A stretch of 38,482 bases of DNA, taken from positions 1 through 38,482 of the IMG/VR virus record IMGVR_UViG_3300037420_000593, one strand, 5' to 3'. The position numbers and the translations under genes are program-made. A model generated the notes under the pieces. That model was not told where the DNA came from, did no database searches, and worked only from the letters and a program-made list of their open reading frames with translations. Below, one piece after another: positions 6,785 to 15,147 of this stretch. Source of the DNA: a virus (lineage: Duplodnaviria > Caudoviricetes). How positions within the stretch are numbered: position 1 is the first letter of the stretch; every line of letters begins with the position of its first letter.

Positions 6785-9700
6785 GTTCCACTCACTGCAC
6801 CATCACACGACGTACTCGTACATGGATGGCTACGGCACCGTCGAGGACCACGTAGCGGCGGCGGCAGATCTCGGGATGCCCAGCCTCGCGTTCACCGAGC
6901 ACGGCAACGTGTCCTCGCATGTCAAGGGAGAGCGAGAAGCCCTTGCCGCAGGCATCAAACCGATCTTCGGCTGCGAGCTCTACACCGGACCCGTCGGCGA
7001 GGACGCCAGCCGGTACAAGTGGCACCTGACGGTGCTCGCGATGAATCAGGTCGGGCTGAGTAACCTGTATGCCCTTGTTTCGAAGGGCTGGAAGGACGGG
7101 TTCTACTACGAGCCAACCGTCTCGGGTGACATGCTCGTCGAGCACAGCGAGGGCCTCATCGTGCTGTCGGGGTGCAGCGGCTCCAAGATGGCCTGCGACT
7201 TGGTGGGCGGCAAAGGGGTTGAGCCGCACGACGTGGACTACGGGGCAGCCCTGGACACCGCCCTCAAGTTCCGAGACCTGTTCGGCGATCGCTTCTACCT
7301 TGAGGCACAGGCGTTCCCCGAGCTAGAGCGCACTCGCAACATCAACCAAGCGTGGGAGCGCATGGCTGACCAGACGGGCATCCCGCTCGTCGTAACTGGC
7401 GATGTGCACTACCCGCGTCCGGGCGACAACGACATGCAGGTGATCCTTCACGCGGTCGACCGAGGCGGCAAGAACAACACCGTCGAGAAGCAGCAGCAGG
7501 GGTGGGGCTACGACATCCAGCTGACCGCCTTCAAGGACAAGATCATTCACAAGAAGCTCGTTGCCTCCGGCATCAGTTCGCGGAGGGCCGAGGCGGCGGT
7601 CCTGATGACGGAGGAGATCGCCAACCGCATCGACGTCAAGATCCCGAAGTTCAAGGAGCTTGAATTCCCCATCCCCACCAAGACTCCGAAGCAGGAGTTC
7701 TTCCGGCAGTTGGTGCGCGAGGGGTGGAAGTTCCGAGGCTTCGACAAGCTCCCGAAGAAGGAGCGCAAGCGGTACAGCGAGCGCATGAAGTACGAGCTCG
7801 GCCTCATTGAGCTGAAGGGGTTCGAGGACTACTTCATGGTCATCAGCGACCTCATCGTTCATGCCAAGAACAAGGGCATCGCGGTCGGCCCGGCTCGCGG
7901 TTCGGCGGCGGCTTCGCTGGTGTGCTACTGCCTCCGCATCACCGAGGTCAATCCGATGTTCTTTCCGAACCTGATCTTCGAACGGTTCATCGACATCAAC
8001 CGCCACGACCTGCCTGACATCGACATCGACTTCGATGACCAGCGGCGGCCGGAGATCCGCCAGTATCTCGTGGATTCCTACGGCGAAGAACGCGTCGGCA
8101 ACATCGGCACCTTCACCAAGTACAAGGGCAAGAACAGCCTCGACGACGTAGCCCGCGTGAACAAGGTCCCGGCATGGGCCACCAGTGCCATCAAGGACAA
8201 GCTGATCGAACGGTCCTCTGGTGACCTGCGTGGTAACCAGACCATCGAGGACACCATCGAGATGTTCCCCGATGTCAAGAAGGTGTTCGAGCAGTACCCC
8301 GTTCTATTCCAGGCGCAACGGCTGGAGGGCAACCTGCGGGGAGCGAGTGTGCATGCGGCTGGGTTGGTGGTGGCCAACGAGCCGCTCACGAAGAGCGTCG
8401 CGGTCTACAGCCGCATCGATAACAAGACCGGTGCCGAGAGCAACGTTCTTTCTATCGACAAGCACGACGCGGAGTACATCAACGCTCTGAAGATCGACGT
8501 ACTGGGCCTGACGACGATGGGTGTCATCAGCAACTGTCTCGACATGATCGGCATGTCGCTGCAGGAGCTCTACGACGTGCCGCTCGACGTACCCGAAGTG
8601 TTCGAAGGCTTTAAGCGCAACGAGGTTATCGGCATCTTCCAGTTCGACGGGCGGGCGATGCGTTCGGTGAACCGCGAGGTCAAGCCGGACAACTTCGCGG
8701 AGGTCTGTGACATCAACGCACTGGCCCGCCCCGGACCCCTTCACTCCGGTGCCGCAGCCGAGTACATCATGGTCAAGCACGGCAAGAAGAAGGCCGAGAT
8801 CCTCCACCCCGTCGTCGCGGAGATCACCGCCCACACGAACCAGCAGATCGTCTATCAGGAGCAGATCCTTCAGGTGGTGCGGCGGCTCGGTAACTTCTCG
8901 TGGGAAGAGGCCGCCCTTATCCGCAAGCTGATCTCGAAGAAGCAGGGCGAGCAGGCGTTCAACCGCATGATGAGCAAGTTCGTTGAAGGGGCCATGAGCA
9001 ACGGTCTCAACGAGACGAACGCGGTGAAGGTGTGGAAGCAACTCGTCACAGCGGGAGCGTATGCGTTCAACGCTGCCCACTGCGTGAGCTACGGGATGCT
9101 CGCGTACTGGACCATGTGGCTCAAGCAGAACTACCCGCTCGAGTTCTACTGCGCATCCCTGCAGAAGTACGACCCGAAGACGAAGGGCTTCGATCTGCTC
9201 AAGGAGGCCATCGACAAGGGCATTGAGATCCTGCCGCCGCACCCGAGGAAGTCCGGCCTGACGTGGTCGTACAGCAAGAAGAAGAACAGCCTCCGAGCGG
9301 GCCTCCTTCAGGTGAACGGCATCGGCGAGAAGACGGCCGAGGCGATGGTTGCCTACCGCAACGCGAACGACGTTCAAGACTGGGATGACTACACAGCGGT
9401 CAAGGGCATCGGCCCAGCCACGATGGAGAAGGTTCGCACCTTCTGCTCCGACCCCGACCCCTTCGGTGTGTACCGGCTGGGGCAGACGCTCAAGAAGGTG
9501 CGGCGGTATCTGTGGGAGATGGGCGAGATCGACAACATCCCCTTCCCACGAAGCAAGAGCGACGACGTACCGTACGAGCCGATCCAGGGCGAGCACATCT
9601 GGCTCGGGGTGGTGCGGGACCGCAACCTGAAGGACATCTACGAGCTACACCGCTCGCGTACTGGTGACGAGCTTGACCCGGACAAGGTGCGGGAGCCGCA

Positions 9701-9929
9701 GTACGTCAACTACGCGGTGATCGTAGGCGAAGACGACACTGGCCCGCTGACGATCACGGTACACCGGTACGGCGGTCTCTACGAGCGGTACAAGGACGCC
9801 ATCTGGGGCATCGACCCGAAGCGCGACGTGATCGTTGTCCGAGGCTACAAACGGAAGGAGTACCGCAGGGCTATCTACGCGAAGGAACTGTTCGTCATCA
9901 ACCCAGACAAGCTCCCCGAGATCCACTGA
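6777..9929 (+). CDS. dnaE: DNA polymerase III alpha subunit (DnaE, family C)
   Basis: PHP domain LHHHTTYS...TEHGN...GCE...DVHY; GPARGSAAASLV; FERF; catalytic PDIDID and KIDVLGL; YQEQ; YAFNAAH; HhH GIGEKTA; C-terminal OB-like region. Confidence 0.97.
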   Translation: MSRFHSLHHHTTYSYMDGYGTVEDHVAAAADLGMPSLAFTEHGNVSSHVKGEREALAAGIKPIFGCELYTGPVGEDASRYKWHLTVLAMNQVGLSNLYALVSKGWKDGFYYEPTVSGDMLVEHSEGLIVLSGCSGSKMACDLVGGKGVEPHDVDYGAALDTALKFRDLFGDRFYLEAQAFPELERTRNINQAWERMADQTGIPLVVTGDVHYPRPGDNDMQVILHAVDRGGKNNTVEKQQQGWGYDIQLTAFKDKIIHKKLVASGISSRRAEAAVLMTEEIANRIDVKIPKFKELEFPIPTKTPKQEFFRQLVREGWKFRGFDKLPKKERKRYSERMKYELGLIELKGFEDYFMVISDLIVHAKNKGIAVGPARGSAAASLVCYCLRITEVNPMFFPNLIFERFIDINRHDLPDIDIDFDDQRRPEIRQYLVDSYGEERVGNIGTFTKYKGKNSLDDVARVNKVPAWATSAIKDKLIERSSGDLRGNQTIEDTIEMFPDVKKVFEQYPVLFQAQRLEGNLRGASVHAAGLVVANEPLTKSVAVYSRIDNKTGAESNVLSIDKHDAEYINALKIDVLGLTTMGVISNCLDMIGMSLQELYDVPLDVPEVFEGFKRNEVIGIFQFDGRAMRSVNREVKPDNFAEVCDINALARPGPLHSGAAAEYIMVKHGKKKAEILHPVVAEITAHTNQQIVYQEQILQVVRRLGNFSWEEAALIRKLISKKQGEQAFNRMMSKFVEGAMSNGLNETNAVKVWKQLVTAGAYAFNAAHCVSYGMLAYWTMWLKQNYPLEFYCASLQKYDPKTKGFDLLKEAIDKGIEILPPHPRKSGLTWSYSKKKNSLRAGLLQVNGIGEKTAEAMVAYRNANDVQDWDDYTAVKGIGPATMEKVRTFCSDPDPFGVYRLGQTLKKVRRYLWEMGEIDNIPFPRSKSDDVPYEPIQGEHIWLGVVRDRNLKDIYELHRSRTGDELDPDKVREPQYVNYAVIVGEDDTGPLTITVHRYGGLYERYKDAIWGIDPKRDVIVVRGYKRKEYRRAIYAKELFVINPDKLPEIH

Positions 9930-9938
9930 AAGGCACCA

Positions 9939-10571
9939 ATGAGCACCGACAAGATCATCATGGACCTGGCCAACCGCAAGCGGGCGGCACAGGCAGCCCT
10001 CGACACCATCTTCAAGGACACCGAGCACCCGTTCGTCATCGACGAGGTCGCGTTGCTGTTCACCGGCAACATGTGGCCCTTCATCGAGGAGGCTGTCAAG
10101 CTGGACGGGGTCAACCTCTTCAACGTTGCCGACGACAACGTCAACACGTACCCGATCCGGCGCAACTACGACGTTCGGTACTACTTCCTCTCGACGCCGT
10201 TCGGCTTCCGCATGGAGTGCATGCGCCTGACGGGCGGGGTCAGCCCGCTGCACAACGGCTTCGTCGGTCTCAACGGCGAGATCGCCGGGGAGCCGCCTGT
10301 CGTGCACTACTCGTTCAAGTGCGCCGATCCGCACGAGTACGAGTACGCCACGAAGACGATGGCGGGCAACGAGTGGGGCTTGGCCCAGTCGTGCGAGTCT
10401 ACGTACGGGCGGTTCTCGTACTGGCTGACCAATGAGACGACGGACATGGAACTAGAGAAGGCGGGGTGGCCCTGGCTCTCGACGGGGTACGAGGCGTATC
10501 TCAAGCCTCGTGTCAACCTTCGCGACAGCGTTCCGGCGGCTGCTCTGGACTACCTGGAGTCGAAGGCATGA
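9939..10571 (+). CDS. Putative VOC/glyoxalase-fold protein (methylmalonyl-CoA epimerase-like)
   Basis: IDEVALLF...RMECMRLTGGVSPLH...GEPPVVHYSFKCAD parallels the IDHIAIAV...IELLEP..xSP...GEG.HHIAF.VDD pattern of VOC epimerases. Confidence 0.55.
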   Translation: MSTDKIIMDLANRKRAAQAALDTIFKDTEHPFVIDEVALLFTGNMWPFIEEAVKLDGVNLFNVADDNVNTYPIRRNYDVRYYFLSTPFGFRMECMRLTGGVSPLHNGFVGLNGEIAGEPPVVHYSFKCADPHEYEYATKTMAGNEWGLAQSCESTYGRFSYWLTNETTDMELEKAGWPWLSTGYEAYLKPRVNLRDSVPAAALDYLESKA

Positions 10572-11254
10572 CCGTCCTGGTGGTTGGCTCCCGCCCCGGC
10601 TCCCTCGGCACCGCAGTCCGGGATCTCCTTCAGAACAGGGGTCTTCGCGTCGTCACCGCTGGGGTGTCCGGCGAGATGTTCCACATGGACATCACCGACC
10701 CCGTTCGCATCGCGGAGACGATCAACGCAGTGCGGCCGAGTCAGGTCGTGTGCACCGCTGGCATCAACGAGAGCTACTCTCTGCGGGCGGAGGGCTTGAC
10801 GGGCGGGATGGAGAAGCACTTGGCGGTCAACGCGACGGGCATCATTTCTCTCCTCCAAGAGTGGGTACACATGCTGGAGAGCACCGAAGTCGGCACGATG
10901 ATGCGGCTCAAGCAGTTCGTTGCCATTAGCTCCAACTCGGCCCACATCGCCCGTAGGCAGTCGATCGCGTACTGTGCCAGCAAGGCAGCCCTCAGCATGG
11001 CGTTGCGCTGTGCCGCCCGAGAAATCGCGGGCGAGGGCATGCTGGTGTACGGCTACGAACCCGGTCTCTTGGCTGGCACACCGATGACGGCGGGCAGTGC
11101 TGACGCCTTCCCCGGTGCGCTGCACCGCATGCCAGGGGTGAAGCCAGAGGGCCTCTCGACAATGGACTTCGCAAGCACTATCGTTGCGAATCTGATTCAC
11201 CCTAACCTGGCTCTGCACGGCACGATGCTACGGCTTGACGCTGGCGAGCAGTAG
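10568..11254 (+). CDS. Short-chain dehydrogenase/reductase (SDR)
   Basis: VLVVGSRPGSLG, CTAGIN, ISSNSA, catalytic YCASK, PG, C-terminal HGTMLRLDAG; ATGA-coupled to the upstream gene. Confidence 0.92.
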   Translation: MTVLVVGSRPGSLGTAVRDLLQNRGLRVVTAGVSGEMFHMDITDPVRIAETINAVRPSQVVCTAGINESYSLRAEGLTGGMEKHLAVNATGIISLLQEWVHMLESTEVGTMMRLKQFVAISSNSAHIARRQSIAYCASKAALSMALRCAAREIAGEGMLVYGYEPGLLAGTPMTAGSADAFPGALHRMPGVKPEGLSTMDFASTIVANLIHPNLALHGTMLRLDAGEQ

Positions 11255-11335
11255 CTGAAGCTGGATGATGAGAAGTGCTGGCGGGTAGCCCGTCTACCCG
11301 CTAGCGTTACCCCGCTACGCAACAGGAGGGCACAA

Positions 11336-11800
11336 GTGAAAAGCACTTTCACGGGGATCTCGAGCAACATGGTTGCCGAGAGTTTGGTTGGCCGCAAGGT
11401 CATTCGCGCCAATCAGGTTGACGACGTCGCGGAGCCGCCACAGGGCAAGGTCGTGTCGGTCAACCAAGATCGCTTCCACGTATGGGTTCTCTGGCCCTTC
11501 GGCAAGGGCGACCCTCATCGACACCCCTTTCGCGAGTTGATGCTCGTGAAGGAGGACATGGGTCTCACCAAGACGATGAAGTGGTCCGGCAAGACGCTCG
11601 GTGCTCTCGAGAAGTTCGTGGAGCAGGTGCGCGTCGAGGGCGGAGACGAAGATACGGTGCTCAACCCTGGCAAGCCGGAGCACGTCGGCATCGTGGTTGA
11701 GTTGCCGCTGGCAACGAAGCCGCCGACGAAGCAGCCGGGGACCATCGAGAACCCCTTTCCGAACCCCGCCGATTTCGTGACGATCAAGAAGGCGGACTGA
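11336..11800 (+). CDS. Hypothetical protein
   Basis: RBS AGGAGG with GTG start; phage-like codon usage. Confidence 0.75.
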   Translation: MKSTFTGISSNMVAESLVGRKVIRANQVDDVAEPPQGKVVSVNQDRFHVWVLWPFGKGDPHRHPFRELMLVKEDMGLTKTMKWSGKTLGALEKFVEQVRVEGGDEDTVLNPGKPEHVGIVVELPLATKPPTKQPGTIENPFPNPADFVTIKKAD

Positions 11801-12219
11801 TGCGGAAGATCTACATCGCGGGGCCGATGGCTGGGCATCTCGACAAGAACAAGGCGTCCTTCCAGTTCGCCCAGGACATGCTCGAGAACCTGCACGGCGT
11901 ACCGAGCACCAGCATCGCCAACCCCATCAGCATCGCCCCGTACGACCACGAGGATCCGGTGTGTCCACAGGGCCAGCGGAAGGTCGACGAGTTCGACAAG
12001 CACTCCGCCGGTTGCTACCTGCGCACGGACCTCTTCGAGATGCTTCAGTGTCAGGCAGCGGTGTTCCTCCCCGGCTGGGAGAACAGCGTCGGCGCACGGC
12101 TGGAGATGCAGGTGGCAACGGCGTGCGGGATCAAGATCGTCTTCATGGACATGCAGACGGGCGAGGTCTACGACACCCTGGCCCGCACTCTCAAGCTTGA
12201 TTGGTGGGAGGTGATCTGA
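11800..12219 (+). CDS. DUF4406 / nucleoside 2-deoxyribosyltransferase-like protein
   Basis: KIYIAGPMAG...NP...DLFEMLQCQAAVFLPGWENSVGARLE...A...G signature. Confidence 0.85.
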   Translation: MRKIYIAGPMAGHLDKNKASFQFAQDMLENLHGVPSTSIANPISIAPYDHEDPVCPQGQRKVDEFDKHSAGCYLRTDLFEMLQCQAAVFLPGWENSVGARLEMQVATACGIKIVFMDMQTGEVYDTLARTLKLDWWEVI

Positions 12220-12281
12220 TGTACTTCTTCAACTGGGCCAAGCTCGTCCTCGCCGAGATGTCCTGCCTCGTCTGCTGGTAG
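12219..12281 (+). CDS. 20-aa micro-ORF MYFFNWAKLVLAEMSCLVCW
   Basis: TGATG coupling and a perfect anti-SD match GGAGGTGATC at 12207-12216. Confidence 0.5.
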   Translation: MYFFNWAKLVLAEMSCLVCW

Positions 12282-12433
12282 ATCCATCTCGTTGTGACGG
12301 GCAACAAACTCTGAAGTTTGCGGTAGCGTTTCACTTGTCGGGCCGGTGTAGGGGTGGGCGGACCCCCAGGACGAACAACAAACCGGGAGCGGGAGGGAAC
12401 CCCGCACTTCACAAATAGAGAAAGGGTGGGGCA

Positions 12434-12508
12434 ATGAGGGCACTTGGATACGGAGCCGTTCTGGTGGTCATGATCGTGGTCATGTACGCCGCGCAACCCT
12501 TGCTCTGA
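12434..12508 (+). CDS. 24-aa single-transmembrane micro-protein MRALGYGAVLVVMIVVMYAAQPLL
   Basis: Purine-rich RBS upstream; uninterrupted hydrophobic stretch. Confidence 0.45.
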   Translation: MRALGYGAVLVVMIVVMYAAQPLL

Positions 12509-12540
12509 GCAACCAACCAACCAACAGAAAGACAAGGCAC

Positions 12541-13365
12541 ATGAACATCAAGAACATCGGTACCCGCGTCTGGGCTACCCGCGTCGGCAAGGTCGCGGTC
12601 CTGGGTGCGGCGGCCATCGCGCTGACCACTGGTGGGGCGGTCGCGGCTACCGCGCTCCCGACCAACAGCGTCGGCCCGGACCAGATCCAGACGGGCGGCG
12701 TGTGGGGCGGAGACGTGCACCGCAACACCCTCGGGGAGGACAAGCTCGGATGGGCTGTCCGCGAGAAGCTCAACAAGGTCGGCGAGACGGGTCCGGCTGG
12801 GCCTGCTGGCCCGCAGGGTCCGAAGGGCGACACCGGAGCTACTGGTGCCCAGGGCGAGAAGGGTGCCGACGGCAAGGACGGGGCGGTCGGTCCGGCTGGA
12901 CCGAAGGGCGAGAAGGGCGACCCCGGAGACCCGGCGACCGACGTGTACGGCAAGCTCCAGTTCGAGGTCGAGGTGCCCCAGGCAACGATCACCAACATCG
13001 GCGGTCGGTTCGCGGATCGGGCGACCAAGCTCTACACCTTCAAGGTCCCGGCCGACGGTAGCTGGTGCATCCAGACCACCGCGAAGTTCACCCGTACCGA
13101 GACGGCGGAAGCCGGGGCGGCTCTCGTTCGCCCGATGCTGGCCCTCCGCGTGCCTTCCCTTGAGAACAAGGACGCTGGCACGATCATGGGCAACGACATC
13201 AGCCCGGCTCTCAACAACGACCTGACGAGCCAGGTGATGGAAAACCTCGTGCTCAGTGCGGGCACGGAGGTCGACGTCTACGGCTTCGGGTACGCCGATG
13301 ACCGTGGTTCGGCTGGCTCCGGCCAGATCGTCGCCGGGGCGAGCATCAACGGCTTCCTCTGCTAA
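12541..13365 (+). CDS. Secreted collagen-like protein
   Basis: Signal peptide (basic N-region, hydrophobic core, AVAA); 17 Gly-X-Y triplets at 12781-12933; beta-rich C-terminal domain. Confidence 0.85.
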   Translation: MNIKNIGTRVWATRVGKVAVLGAAAIALTTGGAVAATALPTNSVGPDQIQTGGVWGGDVHRNTLGEDKLGWAVREKLNKVGETGPAGPAGPQGPKGDTGATGAQGEKGADGKDGAVGPAGPKGEKGDPGDPATDVYGKLQFEVEVPQATITNIGGRFADRATKLYTFKVPADGSWCIQTTAKFTRTETAEAGAALVRPMLALRVPSLENKDAGTIMGNDISPALNNDLTSQVMENLVLSAGTEVDVYGFGYADDRGSAGSGQIVAGASINGFLC

Positions 13366-13398
13366 GCCACCCCTCCGACTATCTACCCTGCTAGGTAG

Positions 13399-13450
13399 TC
13401 CTGTCTGGCTCGGGGCATTACCCCCACCCCTCACCCCGAGCCAGGCGGGA
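13399..13450 (+). terminator. Long GC-rich hairpin between the collagen gene and thyX
   Basis: TCCTGTCTGGCTCGGGG (13399-13415) pairs with CCCCGAGCCAGGCGGGA (13434-13450), including two G.U pairs. Confidence 0.6.
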
Positions 13451-13479
13451 TCCCCTAACAAGAGAAGAGAGAGGGCACA

Positions 13480-14526
13480 GTGGCTCAGGGCAACGAACTT
13501 CAGAAGTGGGCAGACCCCGCAATGTTCCGCGCGGAGGAGATGCCGTTCAACGTCAACGAGCAAGGGCCTCAGGCTCACCTGATCGGTATGACCGCCGATC
13601 CACTTGGCCACATCGCGGCAGCCTGCATGATGTACGAAGGCAAGGTCGTTCGCAGCCTGTCCGACGTCACCCACGAACAGCGCAAGCACTACTTCGAGCA
13701 GGTGAAGAACACCAAGCTCAAGGCCCCGTTCGAATTCGTGAAGCTGCACTTCATGTTCGACGGCGTCACCCGCTCCTTCACGCATCAGATGGTCCGCCAG
13801 AGAACGGCGGTGTATGCGCAGGAGTCCCTGCGGTTCGCGGTGAAGGACGGCATCGATGAAGAGGTCGCGCTCCCGCCCTCCCTGGCCGCCCTTCCGCAGG
13901 ACGACCCTCGGGTGCGGGTGTGGAAGCGAGCGGTGAACGCTGTTGACGACAGCTACCACGCTCTCGTAGAGTCGGGTGTGCCAGCCGAAGATGCGCGGGG
14001 GCTGCTGCCGCACAACATCACGACTCGTCTGCACTACAGCACCGATCTGAGGGCACTACAGGACCACGCTGGGAACCGGCTGTGCACGCAGGCTCAGTTC
14101 GAATGGCGGGCGGTCTGGACCCGTATCGTTGAGGCGATCCGCAACTATCGCCCGCACGCCGCGATGATCAAGTCGGCGGTGAACATGGGCGAACGCTTCC
14201 GGGACGAGCTCGCCTTCATGGACGCCTCGGATGCGTGGCAGTACGAAGCCCTCGCCGACCTGTTCCGCCCGGTGTGCTACCTCACCGGCAAGTGCGAGTT
14301 CATGGCCAACTTCGACCGCTCGTGCAGCATCCGCGACCGCGTCGAGGCCAACCACCACATCGGCCGCCCGTCGTCGGAATGGGGCGAGGAGTACGACACC
14401 GTCGCGCCGGAGAAGGTGGTCGTCGGCGTCGGTCCGAAGTCCGTTGTCCTGGACAACGATCGACCGGTGTTCATCGGCGCGATCAAGCCTGCCGAGTGGC
14501 TGCTCGACCCCGGAGCCGCCCGATGA
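13480..14526 (+). CDS. thyX: ThyX-family flavin-dependent thymidylate synthase homolog (divergent active site)
   Basis: PFEF...GVTRSFTHQMVRQRTAVYAQESLRF, EDARGLLP, NRLCTQAQFEWR; the RHR motif is RQR. Confidence 0.88.
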   Translation: MAQGNELQKWADPAMFRAEEMPFNVNEQGPQAHLIGMTADPLGHIAAACMMYEGKVVRSLSDVTHEQRKHYFEQVKNTKLKAPFEFVKLHFMFDGVTRSFTHQMVRQRTAVYAQESLRFAVKDGIDEEVALPPSLAALPQDDPRVRVWKRAVNAVDDSYHALVESGVPAEDARGLLPHNITTRLHYSTDLRALQDHAGNRLCTQAQFEWRAVWTRIVEAIRNYRPHAAMIKSAVNMGERFRDELAFMDASDAWQYEALADLFRPVCYLTGKCEFMANFDRSCSIRDRVEANHHIGRPSSEWGEEYDTVAPEKVVVGVGPKSVVLDNDRPVFIGAIKPAEWLLDPGAAR

Positions 14527-14708
14527 TGCGGCGACTACTGCACATGAGGGGCGGGCATGGCACCCTCGGTCTGACGCTGACGGAGCTTGAGCAGATGCTT
14601 GCCCATGCCAAGGAGCTCGAGTACGACTTCGACAAGACCCGCGTCTGCACGAGCATCCAGCGAGACAAGGGCTTGATCGACGTGTACTTCGTGGAGGGCA
14701 ACGAATGA
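14523..14708 (+). CDS. Hypothetical protein
   Basis: ATGA coupling at both ends. Confidence 0.6.
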   Translation: MMRRLLHMRGGHGTLGLTLTELEQMLAHAKELEYDFDKTRVCTSIQRDKGLIDVYFVEGNE

Positions 14709-14932
14709 AGGTCAAGCGCAAGACGCTGATGAACTGGGCGGTCGGCACCCTCCAGGAATGGTTCGAGGGTTGGACCGATGCGTCGCTTGACACCGGCTTC
14801 ATGCAGTACAAGATCGTTCACGAGGAGTACACCAAGCGGGGTCTCATCTTCCGCTTGCAAGGTGGCCCTGGAGAACCGGACCCGGAAGGGGTCTACGAGA
14901 TCACCGTCAAGGTGAGAAAGCTGGGGAAATGA
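14705..14932 (+). CDS. Hypothetical protein
   Basis: RBS GGAGGG; ATGA overlaps. Confidence 0.7.
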   Translation: MKVKRKTLMNWAVGTLQEWFEGWTDASLDTGFMQYKIVHEEYTKRGLIFRLQGGPGEPDPEGVYEITVKVRKLGK

Positions 14933-15147
14933 ACAAGGCACATGTCGACGACGAACGGGACCTGCGGGTGCCCGGTGATGTGGGGGCGGCGATCCGGCTT
15001 GGCCTCGCCGAGATCGTGCAGCGGTTGGCTGCCTCCACCCCGTTGTCTACGATGCAGGCGGCGGGGCACGTCCAGTACGAGCTCAACGTTCTGAAGGAGA
15101 AGTGGTCGGCGGCGGCGAAGGTGGTGGACGGTCGTGGTTCCGAATGA
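14929..15147 (+). CDS. Hypothetical protein
   Basis: ATGA overlaps at both ends. Confidence 0.65.
   Translation: MNKAHVDDERDLRVPGDVGAAIRLGLAEIVQRLAASTPLSTMQAAGHVQYELNVLKEKWSAAAKVVDGRGSE

Noticed and set aside
6777-9929. Intein or intron in dnaE, terL or the helicase
   Set aside because: Protein lengths are ordinary and no LAGLIDADG or HN-C/S splice motifs were seen.
4275-14526. Known Z-base, 7-deazaguanine or glucosyl-hmC systems
   Set aside because: No PurZ, FolE/QueC/QueD/QueE/DpdA, ThyA-type hydroxymethylase or glycosyltransferase motifs were recognised.
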